The notes beneath the pieces are model-generated. The model saw only the letters and a program-made list of their open reading frames with translations. It ran no database searches and was not told the origin of the DNA. Below, one piece after another: positions 21,059-30,449 of a stretch of 64,000 nucleotides of DNA. Source of the DNA: Planctomycetota bacterium (lineage in GTDB: Bacteria; Planctomycetota; JAZDJP01). A program made the position numbers and the translations under genes. Location of the stretch: assembly GCA_043803805.1 (NCBI GenBank), contig JAZDJP010000031.1:1222-65221 (forward strand), given 5' to 3'. Numbering within the stretch: position 1 is the stretch's first letter; each line of letters begins with the position of its first letter.

Positions 21059-21078
21059 GGGGCGTCGGAGGACGAACA

Positions 21079-21435
21079 ATGAACCATGTTGTGAGCCCGA
21101 AACGTGTTTGGCTTGTGAACCTTTTGTGGCCTTGGGTAATACTGGCCGCCGGATGCGCTTCAGTTCCCGGACGGGGTGAAACTACACATGCGACGTGTGT
21201 TCGGGATATTGTTCTTACACGGGAACATCCGGAGGACAAGTCTTGTGGAGCCAGACTTATTTCCATTGAAGAGGATGGTGCCACGACAATCCAGGTGATA
21301 AAGTCGGGCGAACTGATCCGGGCGAAGTCGGGCGGCTTTTTTATTTCGGATGCGTTCGGAAAAGAAGGATTGGAGTTGGTATCGGCGTCGCGAAAGGACG
21401 GAATTGCCCGATTTCGCCAGCGATGGGCCAAGTGA
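21079..21435 (+). CDS. Small putative lipoprotein
   Basis: Signal peptide with a lipobox-like ILAAGC; 118 aa; no recognised domain. Confidence 0.5.
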   Translation: MNHVVSPKRVWLVNLLWPWVILAAGCASVPGRGETTHATCVRDIVLTREHPEDKSCGARLISIEEDGATTIQVIKSGELIRAKSGGFFISDAFGKEGLELVSASRKDGIARFRQRWAK

Positions 21436-21458
21436 CGAGATTGGGAGGGGGGATCGGT

Positions 21459-21552
21459 AACTCCCAGACTCCTGAACTCTCGAACTCCCGAACTCTCCAA
21501 CTCCTGAACTCTCAGACTCTCGAGCTCCTGAACTCGTGAACTCTTGAACTTC
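21459..21552. repeat. GA(A)CTC-type 8-bp-period array (~11 units)
   Basis: ACTCCCAGACTCCTGAACTCTCGAACTCCCGAACTCTCCAACTCCTGAACTCTCAGACTCTCGAGCTCCTGAACTCGTGAACTCTTGAACTTCC lies between convergent genes. Confidence 0.75.
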
Positions 21553-21554
21553 CG

Positions 21555-22340
21555 TTAAAAAAAACAATTCGCGACCGCCTTCGCCGTCCGCCTCACCGTG
21601 AAGGCGTCCACACGCTCCCAGCCGCAGTCCGCGCGGACGCTCGACTGGGCGGATTCGATGCGTTTGTAACGGATCTCGTGGACGACCGGCCCCGGGATGC
21701 GATAGGGTTTCAGGGTCTTCGCCTTCGCCGCGGCGGCCTTCGCCCCGGCGCGGATCGTTTTCAGAATCCGCAGGGGATGTTCGCTCAGGGCCGCGTTGAA
21801 GCCGAGTCCGATCTTGGTTTGGACCGTTTCGATTCCCGGGAAAAACCGCCGGGCCTCGGCGACGCCCTTGTCGTCGCTCGAAACGAACACGACGGGAACG
21901 CCGATGTCCCCGGCGATGGCCCCTTCGATGGCCATCTCGCCGACCTCGATGCCGTTGAGTTTTTGATACTGGTAGGCGACGGAACTCATGGTGTGGCAGA
22001 GCACGCCGTCCGGCGTGCCCTCCATGGCGTGGTGGCCGATGAGGGCGATCCCCGCGAACGTGCCGTCGAGGCCCGGCAGGCGGCGTTCGAACCCCACGCC
22101 CAGGACGATTTTGCATCGTTCGTCGAGAAGGTCGTAGTCCAGGTTGAGGCTCCTGCCGTGGCAGTCCCAGACGATGACCTCCGTCGCTCCGGCGTCGAAG
22201 AATCCCTGGGCGGCGGCATTCGCCTCCCGGGTGGCCTGGAGGCTGGCATAGGCGTTCTGCCGGCCCTCCCCCAGCATCTTCCCCGGCTCGCTCACGACGC
22301 AGGCGACGCCCTCGCAGTCCACGCAGACGATGAATTTCAT
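21555..22340 (-). CDS. Peptidase M55 (DppA-like D-aminopeptidase)
   Basis: The MKFIVCVDCEGVACVV N-terminus and the 261-aa length are typical of M55. Confidence 0.7.
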   Translation of the reverse strand: MKFIVCVDCEGVACVVSEPGKMLGEGRQNAYASLQATREANAAAQGFFDAGATEVIVWDCHGRSLNLDYDLLDERCKIVLGVGFERRLPGLDGTFAGIALIGHHAMEGTPDGVLCHTMSSVAYQYQKLNGIEVGEMAIEGAIAGDIGVPVVFVSSDDKGVAEARRFFPGIETVQTKIGLGFNAALSEHPLRILKTIRAGAKAAAAKAKTLKPYRIPGPVVHEIRYKRIESAQSSVRADCGWERVDAFTVRRTAKAVANCFF

Positions 22341-22462
22341 GGGATCCTCCTTTTCAACGGGCGATTATTCGCGGTTTCGCGAGGCCGTTTTTACCACATC
22401 GGCCGGCAACGGCAAGGGCAAACCATTCTTGACATGGCATCGTCCCCGGGGACAATGAATTC

Positions 22463-23020
22463 ATGGCCCGGTTACTTCCGATCGCGAAAATGGGGGAGCC
22501 GATTCTCCGTCAGGTGGCCGAGCCCTTCCGCCCGGAGGAGATCGGCACGCCGGCCTTCAAGGCCCTTGTCGAGGGCATGGTGGCCGCCATGCGGAAGGCC
22601 CCGGGGGTGGGTCTCGCCGCGCCGCAGGTGTTCGTGTCGAAACGCCTGGTGGTCATCGAGCACGTCCCGTCGGACGAAGACGCCCGCGACGCCATCCTTC
22701 TGGCGGTTTTCGTGAATCCGAAAATCGTCTGGTCCTCTCCGGAAACGGTCACGACGTTTGAGGGATGTCTTTCCGTGGACAATCTGCGGGGGCCGGTGGA
22801 GCGTTCGAAGGCCGTCCGCGTGTCCTACCTGGATCGCGAGGGGAACCCGGGCGAAATCGAGGCGAAGGGACTCAAGGCCGTCGTCATCCAGCACGAATTC
22901 GATCACCTGGACGGGGTGCTGTTCGTGGATCGTGTGAAGGACACGAAATTGCTCTGCCACGAGGAGCAGTACGAAAAATACCACGCCGGGGGGAAGGGCG
23001 TGGGAGGCGGGGGGGAATAG
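22463..23020 (+). CDS. def: Peptide deformylase
   Basis: GVGLAAPQV, EGCLS and QHEFDHLDG motifs. Confidence 0.9.
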   Translation: MARLLPIAKMGEPILRQVAEPFRPEEIGTPAFKALVEGMVAAMRKAPGVGLAAPQVFVSKRLVVIEHVPSDEDARDAILLAVFVNPKIVWSSPETVTTFEGCLSVDNLRGPVERSKAVRVSYLDREGNPGEIEAKGLKAVVIQHEFDHLDGVLFVDRVKDTKLLCHEEQYEKYHAGGKGVGGGGE

Positions 23021-23023
23021 GCC

Positions 23024-23977
23024 ATGGCGGAGAATGTTGTTATTCTGGGGTCCGGGCCGGCGGGACTCACCGCGGCGCTGTATCTGGCGCGGGCGGGGCT
23101 GGCGCCGCTCGTCGTTGAGGGCCGCCAGTCGGGCGGTCAACTCACCACCACCACCGAGGTCGAGAATTTCCCCGGATTTCCCAAGGGGGTGAATGGGACC
23201 GACCTCGTCATGGCCATGCGGGAGCAGGCGGAACGTTTCGGGGCGCGCGTCACGGCGGGGGAGGCGGTGACGGCGGATCTGGCGGGAACGCCGTTTCGAC
23301 TCGCGATCCGGGATCTGTCGGACAACGAATCGAATGTGGAATGCCGCGCCCTCATCATCGCCACGGGCGCCCGGGCGAAGTATCTCGGGATTCCCTCGGA
23401 GCAGGCCCTTCTCAACAAGGGGGTGTCCGGTTGCGCCACGTGCGACGGGGCGCTTCCCGTATTCCGCAACAAACCGATCGTGGTCGTGGGCGGGGGGGAT
23501 TCCGCGCTCGAGGAGGCGCTTTTTCTCACGCGGTTCGCGTCGAAAGTCACCCTCGTCCACCGGCGGGACGCCCTGCGGGCCTCGAAAATCATGCAGGATC
23601 GCGCCAGGGCCAATCCCAGGATGGCCTTCGCCTGGGATTCCATCGTGGAGGAGATTCTCGATGTCGCGGCGGGAAAGGTGACCGGGATGCGGTTGAAAAA
23701 CGTCAGGACCGGCGTCTCGTCCGTTCTGGAATGCGCGGGGGTTTTTCTCGGCATCGGCCACGAGCCCAACACGGCGGTGTTCCGGGGACAACTCGAACTC
23801 GACGAGAAGGGGTACATCGTCACGAGCGGCCGCGCGAGCCGGGCGAGCGTGGAAGGCGTCTTCGCCTGCGGGGACGTCCAGGATCACGTCTATCGCCAGG
23901 CCGTCACCGCCGCCGGCACCGGGTGCATGGCGGCGCTCGACGCCGAGCGGTTCCTCGCGGAAGGGGAGCCGGTTTAA
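23024..23977 (+). CDS. trxB: Thioredoxin-disulfide reductase
   Basis: GSGPAG FAD motif, the CATCDG redox centre and the GGGDSA NADPH motif. Confidence 0.9.
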   Translation: MAENVVILGSGPAGLTAALYLARAGLAPLVVEGRQSGGQLTTTTEVENFPGFPKGVNGTDLVMAMREQAERFGARVTAGEAVTADLAGTPFRLAIRDLSDNESNVECRALIIATGARAKYLGIPSEQALLNKGVSGCATCDGALPVFRNKPIVVVGGGDSALEEALFLTRFASKVTLVHRRDALRASKIMQDRARANPRMAFAWDSIVEEILDVAAGKVTGMRLKNVRTGVSSVLECAGVFLGIGHEPNTAVFRGQLELDEKGYIVTSGRASRASVEGVFACGDVQDHVYRQAVTAAGTGCMAALDAERFLAEGEPV

Positions 23978-24010
23978 AAATTTAGGTGCAATTGCCCTGG
24001 TGCGAATATG

Positions 24011-24038
24011 TTGACACCGATGTTCGCTCGGCTAAAAT
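24011..24038 (+). promoter_or_regulatory. Candidate sigma70-type promoter (TTGACA-N16-TAAAAT)
   Basis: TTGACA at 24011-16 and TAAAAT at 24033-38, 25 nt upstream of the 24063 start, which is preceded by GGGAGAAGG. Confidence 0.4.
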
Positions 24039-24062
24039 TTTCCCTCACTCGGGAGAAGGCGC

Positions 24063-24887
24063 ATGGTTCTGCACAAATATGGGGGGTATCCCAGGCAGAA
24101 GGGCTGGGATGTTTTTTGCGCGTGCAGCCGGCAGATGGCGCGCCTCCAGGTGTATCACCTCCTGAATTGCCTTCGGGCCGGAGAACGCCCCGCGGAATGC
24201 GTTCCGGCGCCGCCGCCGGGGCGGACGCTTGTCGAATTCGCGGCCGCCGCATGGACGCCGTTTCACGCCGTTTACTTCCGCGATCCGTCGTTTCCCGGAC
24301 ATCACAGGGAGCCGGCCTGGCTGGCGTTTGCCGAAGGAATAGAGTCGCGCATACGCCGGCATCCGGACATGCCTCTGGCATCGTTGACGGATTTCATCTA
24401 TGACGAGTGTGTGGCGGCCAGGGTGGAGGAGGATTTGAAAAAAAACCTGGCAACCTGGGATGAACCCTGCCCGTTCGGGGCGTTTCGTTATGATGCCCAC
24501 GACGATTACGTCGCGTTGCACTTTCACAACGTGTATATGCCGGAGTCTCCGTTCGAGAAACCCGAGCGGTTGTTCCAATCGCTTCGGGATATCGCGGAGG
24601 ATATCCGCCGCCGCGGGCTGGCCGTCCGCCGCATAGGCGTGGATTCGTGGATTGATTATCTGGAGCCGTTCCAGGCGCTTTTCCCCGCGTCGTTTGCGAA
24701 GTCGCTTGCGCCGACAAGCCCCGACAACAAGGCGGGAAACGGCTGGTGGGGGCAGTTCATACTTCGCACAGGGGCGTTTCATGAAAAACGCGCCGAACGG
24801 TTGAGGCAGACACGGCGCTTCGATTATGTTCGGGCCCATGGCGAATGCGGTTTCGATGAATTTTGCGCGCACATCGCGCGGAAATGA
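24063..24887 (+). CDS. Hypothetical protein
   Basis: 274-aa ORF with an SD-like GGGAGAAGG upstream. No family recognised by eye. Confidence 0.45.
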   Translation: MVLHKYGGYPRQKGWDVFCACSRQMARLQVYHLLNCLRAGERPAECVPAPPPGRTLVEFAAAAWTPFHAVYFRDPSFPGHHREPAWLAFAEGIESRIRRHPDMPLASLTDFIYDECVAARVEEDLKKNLATWDEPCPFGAFRYDAHDDYVALHFHNVYMPESPFEKPERLFQSLRDIAEDIRRRGLAVRRIGVDSWIDYLEPFQALFPASFAKSLAPTSPDNKAGNGWWGQFILRTGAFHEKRAERLRQTRRFDYVRAHGECGFDEFCAHIARK

Positions 24888-24894
24888 GGTGGTC

Positions 24895-25719
24895 ATGGCA
24901 AAACCTTCCCGCATCATCAATGTTCATACCCATTTGCATCACGATCAGGACCTGGATGCCCGCCTTCGGTTGTGGCGGGAATGGAACGTCCAGAAGGTCT
25001 GTATTCAGACGCTCGCCTCGAAACCGGGCGAGCGGTTTTGCAACGACGAGGTGGCGGCGCTCATCCAGAAATATCCGGACATCATCGTCGGATTCGGCAA
25101 GGTGGATTTGGGCTTCACGCCGGACGGTCCGGAGGCAATCGACCGATTGAAGGATCAGGGCTTCACGGGTTTGAAATTCATCTGGCCGTCTTACCCCTAT
25201 GACGACGAGCGCTACTATCCGTTGTACGAGCGCGCGCAGGTGCTGTCGATGCCGATTTTGTTCCACACCGGATTTTCGTCGATTCAGCCGGCGGACGGCG
25301 CCAACCGGATTTCCGTCGAGAAGATGCGCGCGGCGCGTCTGGACACCATCGGAAGGGCGTTCCCGAAGTTACGGATGATCATGGCGCATTTGGGAAATCC
25401 GGAATTCCACGTCGGGTTGGACATCATCACGGAGTTCCCGAATATCTGGGCCGAGTTTTCCGGCGCCGGCGGCTCGAAGTGGCGGGAGACGACGCTCCGA
25501 AAGGTTTTCGCGCCGCTTCCGGGAGCGAATATGGCCGACCCGGAGGAGAATCAGGCGTTGCGCTGGTTCGGAAAACTGTGCTTTGCGACGGACAACCCCG
25601 ACCCGCCGAAGTGGGTCAACCTGTGCCTGCGATTGATGGACGAGTTGCAGATCCCGGACGATATTCGTGAACGCTTCTGGTGGCGGAACGCGGCGGGCGT
25701 CCTGCAGATCAGATTGTAA
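24895..25719 (+). CDS. Amidohydrolase-2/TIM-barrel metal-dependent hydrolase
   Basis: MAKPSRIINVHTHLHHD metal-binding N-terminus. The ATG at 24895 is preceded by GAGGTGG. Confidence 0.7.
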   Translation: MAKPSRIINVHTHLHHDQDLDARLRLWREWNVQKVCIQTLASKPGERFCNDEVAALIQKYPDIIVGFGKVDLGFTPDGPEAIDRLKDQGFTGLKFIWPSYPYDDERYYPLYERAQVLSMPILFHTGFSSIQPADGANRISVEKMRAARLDTIGRAFPKLRMIMAHLGNPEFHVGLDIITEFPNIWAEFSGAGGSKWRETTLRKVFAPLPGANMADPEENQALRWFGKLCFATDNPDPPKWVNLCLRLMDELQIPDDIRERFWWRNAAGVLQIRL

Positions 25720-25822
25720 AATGGGAAATGGAATAAAGTGATGTCCCCGGAAATCCCCCGGGAATTCCCCATGGGGATGACCTGATCGCCCTGTGCCGGA
25801 AACCGTGAGAAAAGGAGGTCGT

Positions 25823-27427
25823 GTGAGCGAGGCGATTTCTGAATACGATCTGCTCATTCAGCACGGCAGGGTTATCGACGGCACCGGCGCGCCCGGTGTG
25901 GCGGCCGACGTGGGCGTCCGCGGCGGGCGCATTGCGGCCGTCGGGCCGCGCCTGGAGGGCCGTGCGGGGCGCGTGATCGATGCCGGCGGGCGGGTCGTCG
26001 CGCCGGGATTTATCGATATGCACTCGCATTCGGACTTCAGCGTGACGAGCGCTCCCGAGGCGGCGAATAAAGTGCGCCAGGGCGTCACAACCGAGGTGGT
26101 GGGGAATTGCGGATTTTCTCCGGCGCCCGTGCGTTCCCGGACTCTGGAATTGCTGAAAGAATACTCGGGCTTCATGGGATCGCGTCTGTCCTGGGATTGG
26201 CAGAGCCTGGGGGAGTTTTACGAGCGCGTCCGCGAGCGCGGTTGCGCCATGAACCTCGTGCCGCTGGTGGGTCACGGCACCGTGCGCACTGCCGTCATGG
26301 GTTTCGACAACCGTCCTCCCGCCGCCGCCGAACTGCTGGAGATGCAGCGTCTGGTGGGCGAGGCCATGGAGGATGGCGCGTTCGGTATCTCGACGGGGCT
26401 TATTTACGCGCCGGGATTCTACGGAGAGACGGCGGAGCTGGCGGCGCTTGCCGGGGTTGTGCGTGACGGGGGCGGGATGTATGCCACCCACCTCCGCGGA
26501 GAAGGTTCCGCGCTGGAGACCGCGATGGCGGAGGCCCTTCGCATCGGTGAAGAAGCCCGCGTCCCCGTGCAGATTTCCCATATTAAAGCGTCGGGGCGGG
26601 AGAACTGGGGGAAGATGACGCGCGCCCTTCAGATGATCGACGAGGCCCGCGCGCGCGGCTTGGATGTGACGGCGGATATATATCCCTACATCGCGTCCAG
26701 CACGACCATGACCAGTCTCTTCCCCGCCTGGACTCTGGAGGGCGGAATAGAGCGTTTTGTCACGCGCCTTACCGATCCGGCGACGCGCCGGCGCATCGTG
26801 GATGAGGTGCAGGGCGGGCGGGAAAGATGGTCGCAGAGCAACGGCTCCCTGCGCTGGGACGAGATTGTGGTGTCGTCATGCCAAGAGCAGAAGGCGTTTG
26901 AGGGGAAGACGGTGGCCGAGATGGCGGCGGCGACGGGCCGGGACCCGGCTTGCGCCATGATGGATCTCCTGGTGGCGGAAAAGGGAAAGGTCGAGGTCAT
27001 CCTGTTCAAGATGTCGGAGGAGAATGTCGCGCTGGGCATCGCCCACCCGCAGGTGATGATCGGCTCCGATTCCCTCGCGCGCGCGGCGGGGCGCGGTGGC
27101 AAACCGCATCCGCGCGGTTACGGCACATTTCCGCGCGTGCTGGGGAAATACGCGCGCCGGGAGCGCCGGATCACGCTGGAAGACGGCGTGCGCAAGATGA
27201 CCTCGATGGCGGCGGCAAAACTCGGGCTCGCCGACCGGGGCGTGCTGGCCGCGGGCAAGGCGGCGGACATCACGATCTTCGACGCCGCCACGGTGGGCGA
27301 CCGGGCCACCTTCGCGGATCCGGAACAGTTTCCGGAAGGGATCGATTACGTCATGGTGAATGGCCGGATCGTGGTCGAGCACGGCGTGCAACACCCTGTG
27401 TTGCCGGGGCGGGTGTTGAAGAAATGA
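25823..27427 (+). CDS. N-acyl-D-amino-acid deacylase (D-aminoacylase) family
   Basis: YDLLIQHGRVIDGTG, GFIDMHSHSD and the HLRGEG region. The GTG at 25823 is preceded by AAGGAGG at good spacing, so I prefer it to 25793. Confidence 0.8.
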   Translation: MSEAISEYDLLIQHGRVIDGTGAPGVAADVGVRGGRIAAVGPRLEGRAGRVIDAGGRVVAPGFIDMHSHSDFSVTSAPEAANKVRQGVTTEVVGNCGFSPAPVRSRTLELLKEYSGFMGSRLSWDWQSLGEFYERVRERGCAMNLVPLVGHGTVRTAVMGFDNRPPAAAELLEMQRLVGEAMEDGAFGISTGLIYAPGFYGETAELAALAGVVRDGGGMYATHLRGEGSALETAMAEALRIGEEARVPVQISHIKASGRENWGKMTRALQMIDEARARGLDVTADIYPYIASSTTMTSLFPAWTLEGGIERFVTRLTDPATRRRIVDEVQGGRERWSQSNGSLRWDEIVVSSCQEQKAFEGKTVAEMAAATGRDPACAMMDLLVAEKGKVEVILFKMSEENVALGIAHPQVMIGSDSLARAAGRGGKPHPRGYGTFPRVLGKYARRERRITLEDGVRKMTSMAAAKLGLADRGVLAAGKAADITIFDAATVGDRATFADPEQFPEGIDYVMVNGRIVVEHGVQHPVLPGRVLKK

Positions 27428-27470
27428 TCAACCCCGCAGAATTTCGAAGTCAACGGTTCCTTTCGTCCCC

Positions 27471-27965
27471 ATGTCCATAAATAGCGCACGCCACTTCGAC
27501 AAGGTCATTTTGGATTCCTACGAGGAGACCCCGTGCTCGCCGACCTTCGAGGAGTTTTCCGGGAATGTCCAGGGCATTCGCATCAACGCTCCGGACCGGG
27601 TCAAGGTTCGCTTCGGGGCCGGTGAGATCAGTCCGAACAGTAGGATCCCGTTCTGCGTGGCGATGCAGTTTCAGAGCTGTTTCTTCGCCAAACTGGGCGA
27701 TGTGTACAGCCACATCACCGTCGTCATGGTCGACCGGCGCAACGGACAGTCCTACTCGGCCAGCCTCACTCCGCCGGATCCGACGTCCGAGGATGTGCGC
27801 AACCCGAACATATCTCCGGAGATTTTGGCCGCTTCGACGGAACAGATGTTCATCAATGTCAACCTCGTGAACTACCTGCCGCTTCCGGCTGTGAAGACTG
27901 TTTACGACCTCTATGCGACTCTCGCAGGCGAGAAATCGAACTCCCTGGTGATCGAGATCCGATGA
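27471..27965 (+). CDS. Hypothetical protein (orphan)
   Basis: 164-aa ORF, AT-richer than the flanking DNA; no recognised motifs. Confidence 0.45.
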   Translation: MSINSARHFDKVILDSYEETPCSPTFEEFSGNVQGIRINAPDRVKVRFGAGEISPNSRIPFCVAMQFQSCFFAKLGDVYSHITVVMVDRRNGQSYSASLTPPDPTSEDVRNPNISPEILAASTEQMFINVNLVNYLPLPAVKTVYDLYATLAGEKSNSLVIEIR

Positions 27966-28031
27966 CACGGCGCGATGCAAAGTGTTCTTTTCGGAATGGA
28001 GAAAGCGCCGGGCCGCGTTTTGACGCGTGGC

Positions 28032-28220
28032 CAGCCGGGGCGGCCGAGGAGAAAAGAGCGAGTGGATCCATGGAAAACGGCGAGTGTCCCCGGAATATCT
28101 TCGGAATATCTTGACAGCCGGGGCGGCCGAGGAGAAAAGAGCGAGTGGATCCATGGAAAACGGCGAGTGTCCCCGGAATATCCGGAATATCGAGACCGGA
28201 ATATCGAGACCGGAATATCG
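28032..28220. repeat. Two 68-bp direct repeats (83-bp period) followed by CGGAATATC iterons
   Basis: CAGCCGGGGCGGCCGAGGAGAAAAGAGCGAGTGGATCCATGGAAAACGGCGAGTGTCCCCGGAATATC occurs at 28032-28099 and 28115-28182. There are 6 perfect copies of CGGAATATC (28091-28219) plus a degenerate TCGGAATGG near 28001. A TTGACA lies at 28111-28116. Confidence 0.8.
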
Positions 28221-28262
28221 AAATCCCCTTGACCCCGACGCCGCATCCGCGCATGATGAATC

Positions 28263-28731
28263 CATGCCCGCCGGCGCCCTGAATGAACTCATCCCCGTTC
28301 TCCAGATGGCCGTTGGCCCGGTGATTTTGATTTCCGCGGTCGGACTGCTGCTGCTCACGCTCTCCAACCGCTTCGGGCGGGTGATCGACCGGTCGCGCAT
28401 CCTGTGCCGGGAGATCCGGCAGGCATCGGGGGCGGAACGGGATCGCGCCGCCGCCCAGGTGAAAATTCTCCTGCGACGGGCGGTGTTCATCCGCCGATCC
28501 ATCATCCTGGCCGCGGTGAGTGCGCTCCTGTCGGCGCTGCTCGTCATCACCATCTTTCTTCTGGCGCTCTTGGATGGTGACATTGCCGGGCTCATCGCGC
28601 TCCTCTTCACGGGCGCTCTCGCCGCGCTCGTCGGATCGCTCGTGGAACTTCTCCGGGACATCAACCTCTCCCTGGAGGCGTTGAAACTCGAACTGGGGAC
28701 GGACGCCGCCCCGGCCCCGTCGGCGGGATAG
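28263..28731 (+). CDS. DUF2721-like membrane protein
   Basis: The ATG at 28263 gives MPAGALNELIPVLQMAVGPVILISAVGLLLLTLSNRFGRVIDRSR plus two further TM segments. The family assignment is from memory. Confidence 0.5.
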
Positions 28732-29046
28732 ACCGCCGCGTCGAGGAACCGGATGCGGCCTCTCCGGCCCCGCCATGCGCGCCACGCCACAACGGTTGTC
28801 GAAAGAGCGGCACACCAGTCAATGAACTGCGGCGGGGGAGGTGTGCTTTCGCGATCGGGAGGCGAGCCAGGCAAGGATTATGGCGTGACAGCGTGTCTGT
28901 CGGCAGGTGGACGTGTGGCGATGCCTGATACAGGTTGTCGGACGTATGAATAAGAGGGAATCGGCCAAGCGCTCGCTATCCTCAAGCGTGGATCATGACG
29001 CATTGTCTTCTCTTGCGGTCGAGAAACGATCCAGGCCCGATGGCGT

Positions 29047-29286
29047 TTACCAGAAGTGCCGATTTGCGAACGCGTGACCGGATCCGTGTTTCAAATACCG
29101 CTCGAGATTTCGCGCTTTCTCGTCACTATCGAACCATACGGATGCGACCATTTTCCACGGGACGTATGGGGCGGTAAAAGGTGATTTCCCGGCGTTGTGT
29201 TCCCGCAACCGTTTTTCGATATCGGTGGTCAATCCGATGTAACGTCGGCTGGGGTGGGAGAGACTTTTCAGAAAGTAGACGAACAT
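29047..29286 (-). CDS. GIY-YIG nuclease-family small protein (UPF0213-like)
   Basis: MFVYFLKSLSHPSRRYIGLTTDIEKRLREHNAG matches the GIY-(x)-YIG ... R..EH motif. Start at 29286. Confidence 0.75.
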   Translation of the reverse strand: MFVYFLKSLSHPSRRYIGLTTDIEKRLREHNAGKSPFTAPYVPWKMVASVWFDSDEKARNLERYLKHGSGHAFANRHFW

Positions 29287-29413
29287 GGTGGATGGTTGAA
29301 GTTGTGCCCTGCTTCGCCATTTCCTGAATACGCAGACGGCTACGCAGGGCATTCTGCGTAGCCCTGCTCCGCCGTCCCTGAAGGCGCAGACGGTTCCGCA
29401 GGGCGAAGCAGAA

Positions 29414-29470
29414 TGGAGGCGGGGGGAATCGAACCCTCTACGACCGTTTCGCGTGAGTTGAACACGGCAG
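29414..29470 (-). pseudogene. Orphan tRNA-Ala/tmRNA-type 3' fragment (T-arm + acceptor 3' strand, no 5' half)
   Basis: The minus strand reads ...GAGGGTTCGATTCCCCCCGCCTCCA: T-loop TTCGATT, an acceptor 3' strand CGCCUCC with U70, and discriminator A73. No matching GGAGGCG 5' strand occurs within 400 nt. Confidence 0.45.
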
Positions 29471-29815
29471 GGCCAATCACGAATTCAAACGGTCCCGCAA
29501 CGTCACAACTTGGACAACCTCAAAAAGATAACGATTGCTTCCCTGTCGAGGGAAGGGCGGTTGTTGACGCCAAGGTGAATACGGACGAACTCCCGAAAAA
29601 CACAACAGACGCACAACGGGAACACAACAGGCGCACAATGGAATCGCCCACGATTCCCGCATTGCCGGCGGACCTCGCGGCCCTTGTTGCGATGTGGGAC
29701 AAGTTGCCCGCCACGGCCCGCCAGACGTTGCTGACGCTGGCCCAGCAACTGGCCGGGAAGTGATTGGAGGGAATATGCGTTTCGACTCATCAAGAGGGTT
29801 CCTGGGGGATTCTGG

Positions 29816-29877
29816 CATAGACCGCCAGTTTCCGCCATAGGCCGCCAGTTGGATATGTAGGGAATTGGCGGTCTATG
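29816..29877. repeat. Element-specific palindromic motif set CATAG(A/G)CCGCCA(A/G)TT / AATTGGCGGTCTATG (site A)
   Basis: Direct copies at 29816-30 and 29836-50, with an inverted copy at 29863-77. The same motif pair occurs at 36806-36848. Confidence 0.7.
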
Positions 29878-29930
29878 GAGTCCCAAAGGGTGCGGAATAA
29901 GCGGAAAAAGCGAATTAAGGGAGGTGGGCC

Positions 29931-30395
29931 ATGGATGAATCAAATATGAGTAATGAAAATGATATGAAAGAACAAGAACGGGTTTCTGATGCCAACCCGG
30001 CAAAACCAGCGGGGCGCGAGGGGAATCTTGTCCCGTGGAAAAAGGGCCAGTCAGGAAACCCCGCCGGGAGGCCAAAGGGCGTTCGGTACCTTTCCGAAAT
30101 CTATCGGGAACTTCTCCAAGAGGTTTGCCCATCCGACAAGCGAAAGCGGGTGTGGGGGGAAGTGATAGCCGAGCGGATGTTCAAGGAGGCCATCCACGGG
30201 AAACGGTGTATTCAGGCGGCGGCGGAAATTGCGGATCGTATAGACGGAAAACCGAGGCAGGCGATTGAGATTACGCCGCCTCCTGTGGAGAAGAAGCCGG
30301 AATACGACTGGTCAAGCATTCCGCTTGCCGATCGCATCGCCGTTTTGAGAATCCTAGAGAAATCCCAGCCGGTGGGGTATTTGCAAAATCGCTGA
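29931..30395 (+). CDS. DUF5681-like phage/plasmid protein
   Basis: The PWKKGQSGNPAGRPKG motif is the DUF5681 signature (from memory). GGAGGTGG SD; 154 aa. Confidence 0.6.
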   Translation: MDESNMSNENDMKEQERVSDANPAKPAGREGNLVPWKKGQSGNPAGRPKGVRYLSEIYRELLQEVCPSDKRKRVWGEVIAERMFKEAIHGKRCIQAAAEIADRIDGKPRQAIEITPPPVEKKPEYDWSSIPLADRIAVLRILEKSQPVGYLQNR

Positions 30396-30449
30396 TGTTT
30401 CTCTGCTTATCAACGAAGGGAACAGGAGCATTCGTCTCGGGAATGCCCT

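Noticed and set aside
22472-23887. 471-aa minus-strand ORF overlapping def and trxB.
   Set aside because: def (EGCLS, HEFDH) and trxB (CATCDG) on the + strand are unambiguous. The antisense product is low complexity.
28032-28220. Possible CRISPR array.
   Set aside because: There are only two copies of a 68-bp unit, separated by 15 bp, plus 9-14-bp iterons. It lacks the regular repeat-spacer architecture, and no cas genes are in the window.
29413-29763. 116-aa + strand ORF starting within the tRNA-like fragment.
   Set aside because: Its first two-thirds are antisense to the tRNA-like fragment and cross A-rich iteron DNA. Only a possible 41-aa ORF (29638..29763, MESPTIPALPADLAALVAMWDKL...) might be real, and I could not support it.
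29414-29810. Complete tmRNA (ssrA) gene on the minus strand.
   Set aside because: Only the T-arm and acceptor 3' strand are present. There is no complementary GGRGGCG 5' end, no GGGG...TTCGAC 5' motif and no convincing tag ORF ending in hydrophobic-Ala-Ala within 400 nt. A permuted arrangement was also checked downstream and not found.
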